A DNA stretch of 64,000 nt. Source: Mustelus asterias (taxonomy: Eukaryota). Under the pieces are notes generated by a model, which saw nothing but the letters and a program-made list of their open reading frames with translations, was not told the DNA's origin and did not search any database. Positions 36,062 to 48,826 of the stretch are shown here, piece by piece (position 1 is the stretch's first letter; every line of letters begins with the position of its first letter). The position numbers were made by a program, and so were the translations under genes. Location of the stretch: the NCBI RefSeq assembly GCF_964213995.1, contig NW_027590264.1, forward strand, positions 310,001 to 374,000. Direction: 5' to 3'.

Positions 36062-37465
36062 ATTGTAAATAAAACAATACACGATTTGTACAACAGTGGA
36101 TTTAGATGTTGATCCCGTGAGGGGAATAAATGCAGCAACACAGAAATCTTCAAGCTCAGGAATGAAGATAAACAAAGAACAAAGAACAGAGAACAGTACA
36201 GCACAGGAAACAGGCCCTTCGGCCCTCCAAGCCTGTGCCGCTCATTGGTCCAACTAGACGAATGGAAAGACAGTGGGTGAATTCGAGGCCGAGACCGTGA
36301 TAGAAGTCAAGGCACAGATTAGGAGGGACAGATGGAGTTACAGGGATATAAACACGAGGAAAGGGAATGAGAGAAATGTGCGAGAGGCAAGGAGATAAAT
36401 AGAGGGACAGACAGTAAGATAAATGAGGGAGAGACGGAGACAGGAAGGGAAATAGATGAAGGTTCGGTGAAGGAACTGTGAAGGGAGCAGTTGCAGATTT
36501 ATGGAGACAGTACAGACGAAAACATAAAGAGAGACCAAAGATGTGTGTGTTAGGTTGATTGGCCGTGCTAAAAAATGCCCTTAGTGTCCTGAGATGTGTA
36601 GGTTAGAGGGATTAGCGGGTAAATGTGTAGGGATATGGGGGTAGAGCCTGGGTGGGATTGTGGTCGGTGCAGACTCGATGGGCCGAATGGCCTCTTTCTG
36701 CACTGTAGGGTTTCTCTGATTTCTCCATCTGTCCCTCCTAATCTGTGCCTTGACTTCTATCACGGTCTCGGCCTCGAGTTCACCCACTGTCTTTCCATTC
36801 GTTCATCTTCATTCCTTAACACAACATAATATAACATAGTACATGATACCGACAGGATTATTTCCGAGAGCTTCTGGACGCCTTGGGAAACCAGACCAGC
36901 AGCAGAACCGCCTCGTAAAGCTTCCCGGACCCGCTGCAGTAAACACACAAACATGGTGAGGCACCGCCATCTGGCGGCAATCTGAGGTAACTGGTCATTT
37001 CCTGGAAAATCATCGAATTCTCAAATTACAGAAGGTCGTTACTACTGGTGATTATGTTGCATTATTCTTGTTCATCCTTTTACTATTCCAATGCAATTGA
37101 ACACAGTTGAACGTATACATGAGAGATAATAACATCGTTATTTTAATTGCTGGCGATTCGCTTTATTAAATTAATAGTGGTTATAAAACTCATTCTAAAC
37201 AATATGAAGCCCTCAAGATTCCGATAAGATGCCTTTTCTAAAATAACAACACAAGATGTAAATATGACCCTGGATTCACATTCATTTCCTATATTCTTTA
37301 GTTATTTACATTTAAATATTTCCATCATAATTTACCTCGCAACTTCTGGTTATTAACGTTTTCTACATTTGTTGCACCAAAAGAATGAGTAACTTAGTGG
37401 ATTCATTGAAATAGGAGAGTGAGGGAAATCGGATTGTCTGAACTCTGAATTTTAGGGAGAAGGGG
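36062..37465 (+). repeat. Direct segmental duplicate of 55861-57184; contains ~80-bp inverted repeat and truncated SINE (36538-36722)
   Basis: Paired ORFs 36338/56051, 36623/56337, 36760/56474 nearly identical. Confidence 0.9.
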
Positions 37466-37829
37466 AGAAAGATAAGAACGGAGAGCCAGTGCGAAGACAG
37501 AGACGGTCAGAAGCAGAGCAATGGGGGCGAGACAAACAGAGGCGGAATGACAGAGCGAGATAGACAGGCTCCAAACGAAGAGAGAGCCAGAGAACCCTCG
37601 AAAGACATGCAGAAAGAGAAACTCAGAACTTATTAGTCGAGCTAACGCTGATTGATGCCCGACGACCATCAATTCTGAGAAAGCGGCCAATCCTGTCGCT
37701 GGGAAACGCCCCATAATTTCTGAGTAAATTACGTTTCCGCTGATATGAATTTCCGCTTGAATATTAGAACAGAAATGTCAACACATTTCAAATACTGCTT
37801 CATTTCTGCCGAACCCGAAACCAGACACC

Positions 37830-38411
37830 ATGTGCTCCTTATTTTGTTTGCTGATAATAATGGTCTTGCTGCCCGGTGAGTCAATAAACTCTGACAAAGT
37901 GTCATCCTGACTTGAAACATTATCTCTGTTCTCCCTCTCACAGATGTTGTCAGATCTACTGAAAATTTCGAGCATTTTCTTTTTTTGAGTCAATGTTTAA
38001 ACGATCAGTGTCTGTCCCATGGGTTCTCTTCCCTCCCAGATATTGAGTGTGTTCTGTGTTTTGTTACAGGGGCAAATGCTGAAGATTCAGTGTTTCAAGA
38101 TCGATCTGAATTATCGGTTCTGGAAGGACAGAACGTAACACTGGACTGTAAAAGCTCGACAGCTGCTTTTCAAACTGTGTTCTGGTACATCCACTATCCC
38201 GGGCAAGCTCTGAGATATTTGATGAAGATATATAGCTCGGGCAATACCGATAAGTCTCCGGATTTCTCAGATAGATTCTCGGCTGCTTTGCACAAAGGAA
38301 ACAATACTGTTCCTTTAAATATCGCCAGAGCTGTTCTGTCCGACAGCGCCGTGTATTTCTGTGCCATGGAGCCCACACTGGTACAGATGTAGCGAACCCC
38401 GCACAAAAACC
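37830..38411 (+). CDS. TCR V gene, AMEP family (leader 37830-37875, V exon 38070-38373)
   Basis: Paralog of 3476; CACACTG + 22 + ACAAAAACC. Confidence 0.93.
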
Positions 38412-39323
38412 CCGGACTGGGAGTTCCGGTTAGTGATCAGCAGAGGGCGCTCCCACACTGATAAACAGAAATAATTATTTTGTCTCGACAGTGATAGTCA
38501 CAGGGTCATAAACAAAATATCAAAACAAAACACAACACTCAACACGAACAGCTGAGCCACAGTTGAATTTTTAACTTGCAACTATACTAAAAATACATTT
38601 ACAGTTCCTTAACTCACGCTTCAACCTTTGATGACATTTTCTTGCCTGTGTGAATTATTGTGCAGCAGTTTCCCCATCTTCACTCTCCTTTTCAAGGTCT
38701 GTTTGATCAAAGGGTCTATTTGATCAGAGTATTTTGCTGCCTAAGGGACAGCTTATATTGGCATATACATTTCGCAAGGTTGTCATTGTGCTATTTAAAA
38801 CAATCCCTGAGAACAGGTTGCCATCAATGTTCATTCTCATTTTGAATGTCTGTCAAATGTTTTATGACACAATTCACAACCCAGTGTTTCTACGTTACAA
38901 TAATCAGACCAGCGACTTCATTCCCACCCCTGGCCCCCAACAATGTAGCGATTTTCCGAATGAGCACACTGATTATATCTCAGCTTGGGATTTTTCTGAT
39001 CACTGAAATCCAGGTCTCCTGCAACAGGACTAAAAACACCACTGCGACACATGTACGTAAGGTGAGAGGATACAGTGACACTATAGCAGGTTAATAAGAG
39101 TGCGGATTGGAACGAGGTTTTACTTGCTTCAACTTCCCTTTTACAGAGAGAACAGTGACAATGTGGGAAGGCAGCAGCTGGGTGTTCTGGGGGTGGGGAG
39201 GGGGAATTTCAGAGAGGCAATTGTGGAATAAACACATTTAAAGTAATTTCCCAATCGTGATTTCAACCTAAAGTTTAAACACACTCCGATATGATTGATT
39301 CGTGTTTGAACATGTATTTCAGA

Positions 39324-39500
39324 TCTGAGTCATGGAAATGATCTCACTTACTTATTGTCCTCAAATGATGAGACAGAAACAGAAGTAGTTTTTTTTACAA
39401 GTTTCAACTATGATATTGCAAGGATTGTCTTTGTTTTATTCTGGCACTCACTAATCAACATCAGCTTTATGATATTGAACTGCGCTCGCAGGGAGTCTTA
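39324..39500 (+). pseudogene. Highly degenerate V relic
   Basis: TTCAG|ATCTGAGTCATGGA start matches V exons at 23387/61130; residual LFW; no RSS. Confidence 0.4.
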
Positions 39501-40493
39501 CTCATGTTTGCAGACAATCGTGAAACAAACAACAGCAACAGCACCGGTCAGGCAGCCAAACCTCTCTCCATCTCCAGCTGGAGAAATTGGACTCTGAAGA
39601 GTTGATCAGAATAAGGACTCACTTACGGAATTTATGATGGAAACCAATCCAGCCCCGCACTTTGCATTGTGTTCGGGAGCTCCTGTCTGTTGGATTGTAA
39701 AATAGTAATTGCTTAACATTGTAAAGCCAATGCGCAGAGCGGATAGGCCAAGCCAGAATCCATCTCCTAATCGCCCCCAAAACCAATTCAAATTGAATCT
39801 AATTCATGGTCCTCGCAACAGATCCAAGCTGACATGAAAGGGCATCGCACCTGATCTTGGGCTCCATTTGATGCTTGATCCGAGCCCAAAGAACGAGAAT
39901 CCTGCTTTCTGTTTTAGTTATATCCAATCAAAAACCGAATTGGTCCACTCAAAAGTCGCTGCAAGAGAGACATTGCAGTTCGAAGCTGACAACACAGGGC
40001 CCATTCTTCCAGTCTTGGGCTTGATTAACAACATCCTAGCTGATTGGAGCAGGTATTATATTCCTTCCAGTGCTTGACCTGAGCTTCATCTTAGCAAAAG
40101 GCCCAGATGGCGGTTTTAAAAAAAATGATTCAAATGAAACCTCGATGTAACCTTATTGATTTCTATCAAGTGCAGGATTAGCAAACTACACTTGATGTTA
40201 GACAAAGGCTAGAATCTGGATAGATACAGCCACTGTGAGCAGTGCTGTTCTCAGCCGCATAAAACACACACCCAGCGGGAACCACATTAACCTCGGACTA
40301 AACATTCACCTATTTTTATTCCAGTCATGACCGAGAAAATTAACTGCAGAACCCGATCAGACCGGCAGATCCGCCATCAAATCAGTTTACAGGTTAAACC
40401 AGTTTCTGATCAGTTGTAAATTCCCACAAACTCAGGGCTGGAGATTCAGATCAGCTCCGGGAGAGATGTTTCTGTCCCTCAGACCAGACCCAC

Positions 40494-40612
40494 TGACGTC
40501 AAAGGGCTGCATGGTGACGCCGCACATGCCCGCATTCTGACGTCACAGTGCCGGATGCTCTGATGTCACAATGTCTGTTGCTCTGACGTCACAATGGGGG
40601 ACGCTCTGACTC
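40494..40612. promoter_or_regulatory. CRE (TGACGTCA) cluster in V promoter
   Basis: TGACGTCA at 40494, 40538, 40584 and TGATGTCA at 40561, ~230-330 nt upstream of ATG 40822. Confidence 0.7.
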
Positions 40613-40821
40613 TTGCGCACGCTCCTCCCCCACACCCTATCGATGCTGGAGCTCCCTCACTATTTCACTTCCTGATCAAAAGTCCCAGAGATCCAGCTCT
40701 GGTCGCGAGAGTATAACTGGTGTTGGGCTCAGATTCATGTCCAATAGCTTTGCTTTCCCAGGAGCTTTTCCTGTCCTGAGATCTTCCTACAACTGTTTTA
40801 CAAGTGTCGATAGGATCCGAC

Positions 40822-41379
40822 ATGAAGCTCAGCTTCGCTTCAGTGATCATCTCCCTGGATTTCTTACTCTTCCCTCAGTGTAAGTGTGGTCGCTATTTCT
40901 GACAGCGATATTTCACACATTAGCGATGCTATGTTCTGTTAAATAGTATTCTGTTTTGTTGTGTTATCTTGTATTATGCGTTCAATTGTACTTCATTGTG
41001 CAACATTGTATTGCAGTATGAGATTTTAATTTTATGATGTTGTTGCATATCTACATATCCTTCCCAGGTGCCGCTGGTAGTGAAGAGGTATCACAGTCTC
41101 CAGAGTCTGTGGTGGTTACCGAGGGAGACCTAGCATCGTTGAACTGTTCCACTACAGCAGCTGGACTGGTCCTACAATGGTACAGACAATACCCGGACCG
41201 AACCGTGCAGCACCTGGTGAGCGGAACCAGCGATCAGGGCAGGATCAGGGCTCGGAACATTGTTGCAGAGAAACGCAGCGTTCTGAGTGTCGGCGACACT
41301 CGGGTGACAGACACTGCTACCTATTTCTGTGCGGTGGGCGCACAGTGTTGTAAAGATCAATACGAGTCGTACAAAAACC
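40822..41379 (+). CDS. TCR V gene with short CDR2 (leader 40822-40879, V exon 41068-41340)
   Basis: MKLSFASVIISLDFLLFPQ|gtaagt; LNCST..WYRQ..TYFCAVG; consensus CACAGTG + 23 + ACAAAAACC. Confidence 0.93.
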
Positions 41380-41581
41380 GATAGAGGAGCAGTCCTGACA
41401 GTTTGCCGCCTGTGCTTCATCAAAGAGATAGACATTTTATAAACTTTATTGTAGTAAATCCACTGAAACAACACAGCCCTCCAAATCTATAGCAAATCAT
41501 TTCCTTCGCAAGCCGTATCGGGAGATATCAGCAGAAGTAGTCGTGTTTCATAAGTCATTTGCATCTGTTTGCGATTTTCTG

Positions 41582-41653
41582 GGTTCTGTGGTGTAATGGG
41601 TATTACTCTTGACTTTGAATCCAGCGATCTGAGTTCAAATCTCCGCAGGACCT
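41582..41653 (+). tRNA. tRNA-Gln(TTG)-like gene, possibly pseudogene
   Basis: GGTTCTGTGGTGTAATGG..GACTTTGAATCCAGCGATCTGAGTTCAAATCTC..GGACCT; acceptor stem pairs; mismatches in anticodon and T stems. Confidence 0.8.
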
Positions 41654-41956
41654 TGCTTTTCTTTGTCAATGCCGATGATTGCTTTGCTGAAGGACATTCC
41701 GCTTAAAGTTTTCACCAAGTGCGAATCGAGAGGACAATTTGCCAGCCTATTCCACTGCTATTACAATGCACATTGCTGGGCCTCTGTCGACAGATGCCCG
41801 CAACATCAGTGTTTCTCTTTCTCATTTTCACTCCTCTTTAACGCTCTGTCGATAGAAAGGAGCAGTTGGTGTCAAACAGCAACAACCCTTATTGACCAAG
41901 AATGTGTATGTGTGAGATCTGAGTGAAAGGCCTCCTGCCTTATACTGGCGCCTGTT

Positions 41957-42028
41957 GGTTTCATGATGTCACGGTGAGCACGTTGGACTTTCAATCCAGC
42001 AGTCTGAGTCCGAATCTCGGTGGAACCA
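41957..42028 (+). pseudogene. tRNA-Gln-derived pseudogene (anticodon reads TTC)
   Basis: GGTTTCATGATG..TGGACTTTCAATCCAGCAGTCTGAGTCCGAATCTCGGTGGAACC; decayed A and B boxes. Confidence 0.75.
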
Positions 42029-42102
42029 CGATTCTCATCGTCCCAACTCCTGTTTATCTTGGGACTCCTGTTTACCCTGTTCATGTTGAGTGAGGTTTTG
42101 AG

Positions 42103-43032
42103 GGTTTTTGTACAGGTTCAGCCCAGCTCTGTGTCTCTGTGGGTCTCAGTGCGCAGTAATAAACCCCGGCGTCTGCCAGCTCTGTTTCAGACATTTTCAG
42201 CGGGACGGTGCGGGTTGTATCATTGAGCTCCGCTGATAAACGGTCTCCTGGGAATCTCTCTTTGTTCCCGGTATATTTGCTTCTCATCAGTAGATACTCC
42301 ATGGATCCGCTGGGATACTGACGGTACCAGAATAGGTAATAATTGTCAATGCTTGGAGTTGTATAATTACAGAATAGCTGAACATCATCTCCTTCACTCA
42401 CTGTGACTGCAGCCGGGATCTGTGAAACTGGATCTCCTCCACATTGTCCTGTAAGAGCCAAGAGTAATGCGAAATTAAACGATGTCAGTTCACTTTGTTT
42501 AATGGCCGGATTCGGCCCGTCACCCTGGCCAATAATCTGAAAAATGAATCACAGCATCGAAACAGGAACATAAATCCCGCAACACGCAGGTTGTAACGGG
42601 AACGTGTTTGTCGCGGTTAAACGACACTCCGTTTAATGAACACCTTCGAAGGAGATCAGATCCTCGCCTTCGTTTCACGTTATTTGATGGGGAAACTAAA
42701 CTGTCCGTGGGTTTTCGATCTCGGGTTTGTCAAAGCTTTCATCCAGATTTTATCAAGTTTGTCAAAGTCCCTCAGCGGCTCCGGCGGGGCCTGCAATCCC
42801 ACCTTAACTCTTCACTCTCATTCAGCTGAGGTATTTTGCCTCCTCCCTTGGTAAGACAAAGATGATTCTAATTGATATTAGAATCAATATATATTTTACC
42901 AGTGTGTTAATCGAACTGCTCAATTGAATGCAGTGAATGGTAAATATGTGAAACGCAGAGTTTGTAACTTGTGAACCTACCGGTTAGTAGAGCTGCAGCT
43001 GTGAGCAATAAGCACAGAGTCACAGGAGACAT
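42103..43032 (-). CDS. TCR V gene (leader 42981-43032, V exon 42142-42448)
   Basis: MSPVTLCLLLTAAALLT|gtagg; LFCNY..WYRQYPSGS..YYCALRP; CACAGAG + 23 + ACAAAAACC. Confidence 0.93.
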
Positions 43033-43824
43033 GTTTGCAGAGAGGTCGAGGAGGATGTGAGCAGAGAGGGTTGAAGTTGAAATTGTAATTGTCAAGAGCT
43101 GGTGAGAAGTTGAGTTACATCCGGGCCGTTGTTGATTGGTTCATTCCTGACAACGTCATTCGTTGACATCCAACCGTAGAATTCCATTGTCTTCAAATGA
43201 CCCAATCAGCGCTCGGCTCCCTTGGCTCTCAGCGTCGGGAGAAATAAAGGGGACCTGGACAGGGATGAGACCCAAACTTGTCCATTTAATCACTTCAACC
43301 TGTAAGGCGGAGTGAGAACAGGAAGTCGGTTAATTTTATTAATTTTTAAACTGTTCTCTTCCTTTTATTCCTGTATTGTCTTTCTTATCCACCTCCTACT
43401 CTTTCCCCTTTCCTTATCTTTTCTCCACCTTTGCTTCCCTTTCTCCCCGTTTTCACCTCTCTCCCACCAATTTTACCTCTCTCCCACCAATCTCCCTCCT
43501 CCCCCCTTATCTTCATCTGTCACAGCTTACCCTCTGATTTCAGCTTCTCTGCCGTTTGGCCATTCACACCTACTATTTCCACTGGTGTCTTCCACCGTGA
43601 AGACTGATGCAAAGTAAATATTCAGTTCCTCTGTCATTGCTTTGTTTCCTATTATTACTTCTCCAGCCTTATTTTCCAGTGGTCCAATGACTACTCTTTG
43701 CCTCTCTCTTACCTTTTATATCTTGAAAAAAAAATTCTTTCTATCTACTTTTATATTACTGGCTAGCTTACACTCATATTTCATCTTCTCCCCCCTTATT
43801 GTTATTTAGTTGCCCTCTACTCGG

Positions 43825-44117
43825 TATATTGTAGAGCAGGAATCCGGGAGAATTGGATTAATTGCTGGGTTACACACTGATATGTTACAGAGCAGGAATC
43901 CAGGAGAACTGGATTAATTGTTGGATTACACAGTGATATGTTACAGAGCAGGAATCCTGCAGAACCGGATTAATTGTTGGATTATACAGTGATATTCACG
44001 GAGCAGAAATCCAGGAGAACTGGATTAATTGTTGGATTATACAGTGATATTCACAGAGCAGTAATCCAGGAGAACGGATTAAATTATCAGAATACACAGT
44101 AATATTTTATAGAGCAG
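43825..44117. repeat. Minisatellite, ~55-bp unit x ~5
   Basis: AGAGCAGGAATCCAGGAGAACTGGATTAATTGTTGGATTACACAGTGATAT repeated. Confidence 0.9.
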
Positions 44118-44119
44118 AT

Positions 44120-45470
44120 ATGGATGCTAAATTTGATGACGACGATAAGGTAGATAGGAAAATAAGTGGTGAAGAGGATGTAAAGAGACGATCAAGGGAC
44201 ATAAAAAGGTTAAAAGAATTGGCAAACCTACGTCAAATTTAGTGTAATATAGGCAAATGTGAAAATGTCCATTTTGGCATGATGAACATTAAATATGCTT
44301 AATATCTAAATGGTGAGCGATCACAAAATTCTGAGGTACGGAGGGGTTGGGCTGTCCGAGGCCGTGAATCAAGAAGGGCTAATATACAGGTACAGCAATT
44401 AATTAGAAACGTCATAAAATATTATCATTTACTGCTGGGGAATGTATCATTAAATAGGAAGGGTCATAAGTTCATAAGATATAGGAACAGAATTGGGACA
44501 TTCGGCCCATCGAGTCCGCTCCACCATTCGATCATGGCTGATAAGATCCTCATCCCCATTTTCCTACTTTCTCTCATAACCCTTCAATCCTTTCCCAATT
44601 AGAAAATCTGTCTAACTCCTCCTTACGTTTACTCAAGCATCCATCGCACTTTGGGGTAGGGAATTCACACATTCACAACCCTTTGGGAGAAGTAGTTTCT
44701 CCTCAACTGTTTTAAATTTGCTACCCCTTATCCAAAGTCTGTGCCCTCTCCTCGAAGAATGCCCCACAAGAGGAACATAGAAATCATAGAAACCCTACAG
44801 TGCAGAAGGAGGCCATTCGGCCCATCGAGTCTGCACCGACCACAATCCCACCCAGGCCCTACCGCCACATATTTTACCCGCTAATCCCTCTGACCTACGC
44901 ATCCCAGGACTCTAAGGGGCAATGTTTTAAACCTGGCCAATCAACCTAACCCGCACATCTTTGGACTGTGGGAGGAAACCGGAGCACCCGGAGGAAACCC
45001 ACGCAGACACGAGGAGAATGTGCAAACTCCACTCAGACAGTGACCCGAGCATCGAACCCGGGACATTGGAGCTGGGAAGCAGCAGTGCTAACCACTGTGC
45101 TACCGTGCCGCCGTCGTCTACTCCACGTCTACTTTATCCATACCTTTTGTCATCTTGTATTCCTCAATTTGATCTCCACCCATTCGTCTAAATTCCAGTA
45201 TGTTTCCGTTGTGTAGGGCATTGGAGAGATCACATCTGGAGTATTGTGCACAATACTTGATTCCTTATCTATAGAAAGATGGTAATGCGTTAGCAAACGT
45301 CCAGAGAAGGCATTACCAGGTATGAGCGGGTTTTCTGGATAAGCAGAAGGGTACTGATGCTGGATTTGTATCCACTGAGTTTCGAAGATTGAGAGATAAC
45401 TTTCTCAAAGCCTTAAAACCCGAAGGGGTATTAATGGTGTGGATGTGGAGCGGCTATTTCCTCTTGTCCG
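44120..45470. mobile_element. Old CR1 LINE relic (+) with nested LINE 3' end (44466-44776, -) and V-SINE (44777-45110, -)
   Basis: Degenerate KFxDD..KC..HFG and HLEYC motifs; CATAAG tail; full SINE reverse complement. Confidence 0.75.
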
Positions 45471-45770
45471 TGTTGTACCTGAACTAGATATTTCTGGGTC
45501 TTTATATTTCTCAGACTGTACATATCTGGGCTCTTCGTTCTGCATCTGTTTCCAATGCGCTGGTACTGTCCACGGGAGGGCGCTCTCTGATCACTTACCG
45601 AACATCACAGTCGCCTTCTGCAGAGTGACTTTTTGCAGATATAAAAATGGGCGAGGAAAATAAATCCCAGCCAATCGCGTCACACCTTGCTAACTCTTTC
45701 AATTTCTCACATTCCAGGTCCCGTTCAGACAGAGATCACCCTCCCTAATTCTGGAGCTCAGATTGGAACC

Positions 45771-46292
45771 ATGGGGGTGAAAATGTTCCTGACCCTGGTT
45801 ATTGCTCTGATCCCAGGTCAGTGATTCTGGTCACAGATTGTAAAGTATATTTCAACCCTTGTGCAATTTCCCTTTCCCAGCTCTGTGTGACTATTGTCTT
45901 CCTCTGTCTCCTAACCCGCTTTGTATCCGCTGTTTATTTTCAGAGATGAGCAATGGAGACTCAGTGTTCCAGTCAGAACCAAGAGTTGAAGCAGCAGAGG
46001 GTGAAGATTCAGCAATACCCTGCAGTTACTCTGTGCCGAGTTCAGCTATACAACATCACCTGTTCTGGTATCGCCAGTATCCACACCGAGCTCCTCAGTA
46101 TCTCCTCAGAGCCGATAGTTATGGGTTTAACGATACGGCTCCCGGCTTTGAACATTTCAGCGGGAACCTCAACCAGAAACAAAGCACTTTTCACTTGTCA
46201 ATGAAAGATTTGAAGATGCCAGACAGCGCCGTGTATTACTGTGCACTGAGACCCACAGTGAATGAGGCTCCCGCGGGCCTCATACAAAAACT
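45771..46292 (+). CDS. TCR V gene (leader 45771-45816, V exon 45944-46253)
   Basis: MGVKMFLTLVIALIP|gtcagt; IPCSY..WYRQYP..YYCALRP; CACAGTG + 23 + ACAAAAACT. Confidence 0.93.
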
Positions 46293-46671
46293 AGCGCAGG
46301 TCGATAATCAAGTGTTCTGTGTCAGGAAAAAAGAGTCGGATCTCATCGAAAATGCCCAGAAAGGGAAGGGGACAATACAGCCCCAGCTGAACGATATTCC
46401 CCGCAGAGCTCATCCATTATCAGTAATGTCACATTTGGCGGTCATATTATTCCCGGATCAAATCCAATCATTCTCTGATCAAATTCGCACAAATTTGCAG
46501 ATTACCCCGGGTGAATAACTTCGTTAATCTGTACTTAGAAAAAAATCCGGATCAGGTGCCTTTCTGTCAGGCGACACAGTTTAAAAGTGATCTATTATCA
46601 AATGCAGCTTCAGAATTGTCCCATTTTAAATTTGTGGAGAAGAAAGATTGACTGATTGAAATCAGAACTTT

Positions 46672-47170
46672 ACTATTTGAGGAAGGATGTCCTTGCTATA
46701 GAGGGAGTAGAGCGAAGGTTTACCAGGCTGATTCCTGGGATGGCAGGTTTGTTATATGAGGAGAGGCTAACTCTGTTAGGATTATATTCACTGGAGTTTA
46801 GAAGAGTGAGAACGGATCTCATAAAAATTTACAAAATTCTGACAGGGTGAGACAGGGTAGCTTCAGAAAGAATGTTCCCAATGGTAGGGGAGTCCAGAAC
46901 GAGGGTCATAGTTTGAGGATAAGGGGTAAACCTTTCAGAACTGAGGTGAGGATAAATATTTTCACCCAGAAAGTGATGAATGTGTGGAATTCATTACCAC
47001 AGAATGTACTTGAGGCCAAAACGTTGCCTGATTTCAGGAAGAAATTTGAACGGTTAATGGGAGGAAGGGGGGATCAGAATATTGAATTCGATGATCAGCC
47101 ATGAACACGCTGAATGGCGGAGAAGGCTCAAAGGGCCGAATGGCCTACTCCTCCTTCTAGTTTCTATGTT
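46672..47170 (+). mobile_element. CR1 LINE 3' fragment
   Basis: RKDVLAIEGVERRFTRLIPG..YSLEFRR..VWNSLP; TTTCTATG tail. Confidence 0.88.
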
Positions 47171-47301
47171 TTGGGTACGTGAAAGATTTCCTGGTGCAGA
47201 GTTGGGTGACTGCTTATTCTCGGTATACTTAAAGCACGAAGTATTAATTATGTTAAGTCGTGGATGTTACTCATTAATACCTGTCCGTTAGGCTGCTGAT
47301 A

Positions 47302-48193
47302 ATCATAGAATCCCTACAGTACAGAAAGGAGCCATTACGCCCAACGAGCCTGTACCGACAACAATCCCACCCAGGCCTTATCCCCGTAACCCCACATATT
47401 TAGCCTGCTAATCCCCTTGACATTAAGGGACAATTCAGCATGACCAATCCAGCAAACCTGCACATCTTAGGACTGTGGCAGAAACCCGGAGCACCCGGAG
47501 GACACCCACGCCGGCACGGGAAGAATGTGCAAACTCCACACAGGCAGTGACCCGAGGTTGGAATTGAAGCCGGGTGCCTGGGGCTGTGAGACAGCAATGC
47601 GAACCACTGTGCCACCGTGTCGCCCATAAATTATATTAATTTCACTTTTCACCTGAATTAGAAAAAAAGGATCTGCCTTCAGAAAGATTGATGGACTGAG
47701 TTCTGAGGAAAGCGAGTTAACCAGTTAATGAGACACAATAACTGGTTATGTGGGAGAGAGCAGAGAGAGAGCAAAGACTTTAGAAATACGTTTACGGCCA
47801 GGGAAGGAATGTGATTGGAAAATGCCAGCTATATTAAATCATTAACTAACAGTGATTGCTTCACTGGTTACGGGGCGGCATGATGCCACAATGGTTAGCG
47901 CTGCTGTCTCACAGTGTCAGGGACCCGGGTTCAATTCCGGCTTCGGATCACTTTCTGTATGAAGTTTGCATGTTCTCCCCGTGTCTACGTGGGTACCCTT
48001 CGGCTGCTGCTGATTCCTCCCACAGTCCAAAGATGTGCAGGTTAGGTTGATTGGCCATGCTAAATTGACCCGAGTGTCAGGGGATACGCAGGGTAAATGC
48101 ACGGAGTTGCGGGCGTGGGGCCTGGGTGGGATTGTGACCGGTACAGACTCGATGGGGCGAATGGCCTCCTTCTGCACTGTAGGGATTTTATGA
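47302..48193. mobile_element. Two older V-SINEs (47302-47625 -, 47874-48193 +)
   Basis: Diverged family matches in opposite orientation. Confidence 0.85.
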
Positions 48194-48246
48194 TTCGCAG
48201 CTGACGTCAGCTCAGGGAGATGATAATCTTGGTTGTAATAAAATGA

Positions 48247-48826
48247 GAACAAAATGCTACGACAATGGGTGAATGGACACCGCTCGACAATCACCAGGCA
48301 GCAGTGTTCCCTACCTGTCGGGGAACACTTTAGCAGTCAGGGACATTCAGCCTCTGATCTTCGGGTAAGCGTTCTCCAAGGTGGCCTTCACGACACACGA
48401 CAACGCAGAATCGCTGAGCAGAAACTGAGAGCCAAGTTCCGCACACATGGGGACGGCCTTAACCGGGATCTTGGGTTCATGTCACACTATCTGTCACCCC
48501 CATGACTTGCCTGGGCTTGCAAAATCTCAATAACTGTCCCGGCTGGAGACAATTCACACGACTTTAACCTGTGCTTAACCCTCTCTCCACTCACATTGTC
48601 TGCACCTGTAAAGACTTGATTACCTGTTAAAACTCGCATTCCAACCATTATCTTGTAATTTAGTTTGTGTCTATATATGCCCTGTTTGTGAACCGAACTC
48701 TTCACTCACCTGATGAAGGGGCAGTGCTCCGAAAGCTCGTGCCACCAAATAAACCTGTTGGACTTTAACCTGGTGTTGTGAGACTACTTACTGTGCCTAC
48801 CTCAGTCCAACGCCAGAACTCCACAT
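48247..48826 (+). mobile_element. Penelope-like element 3' part (GIY-YIG endonuclease C-terminus + hammerhead)
   Basis: LRQ..NGHR..VGEHF..GH..R..AEQKL..GLN; CTGATGA..GAAA at 48710-48734. Confidence 0.88.

Noticed and set aside
43825-44117. 55-bp repeat as RSS array (one CACAGTG)
   Set aside because: No nonamer at 12 or 23 spacing and the heptamer is not conserved across units
46254-46518. C-terminal extensions of V ORFs (HSV../PTL..QK)
   Set aside because: Read-through of RSS and flank, removed on rearrangement
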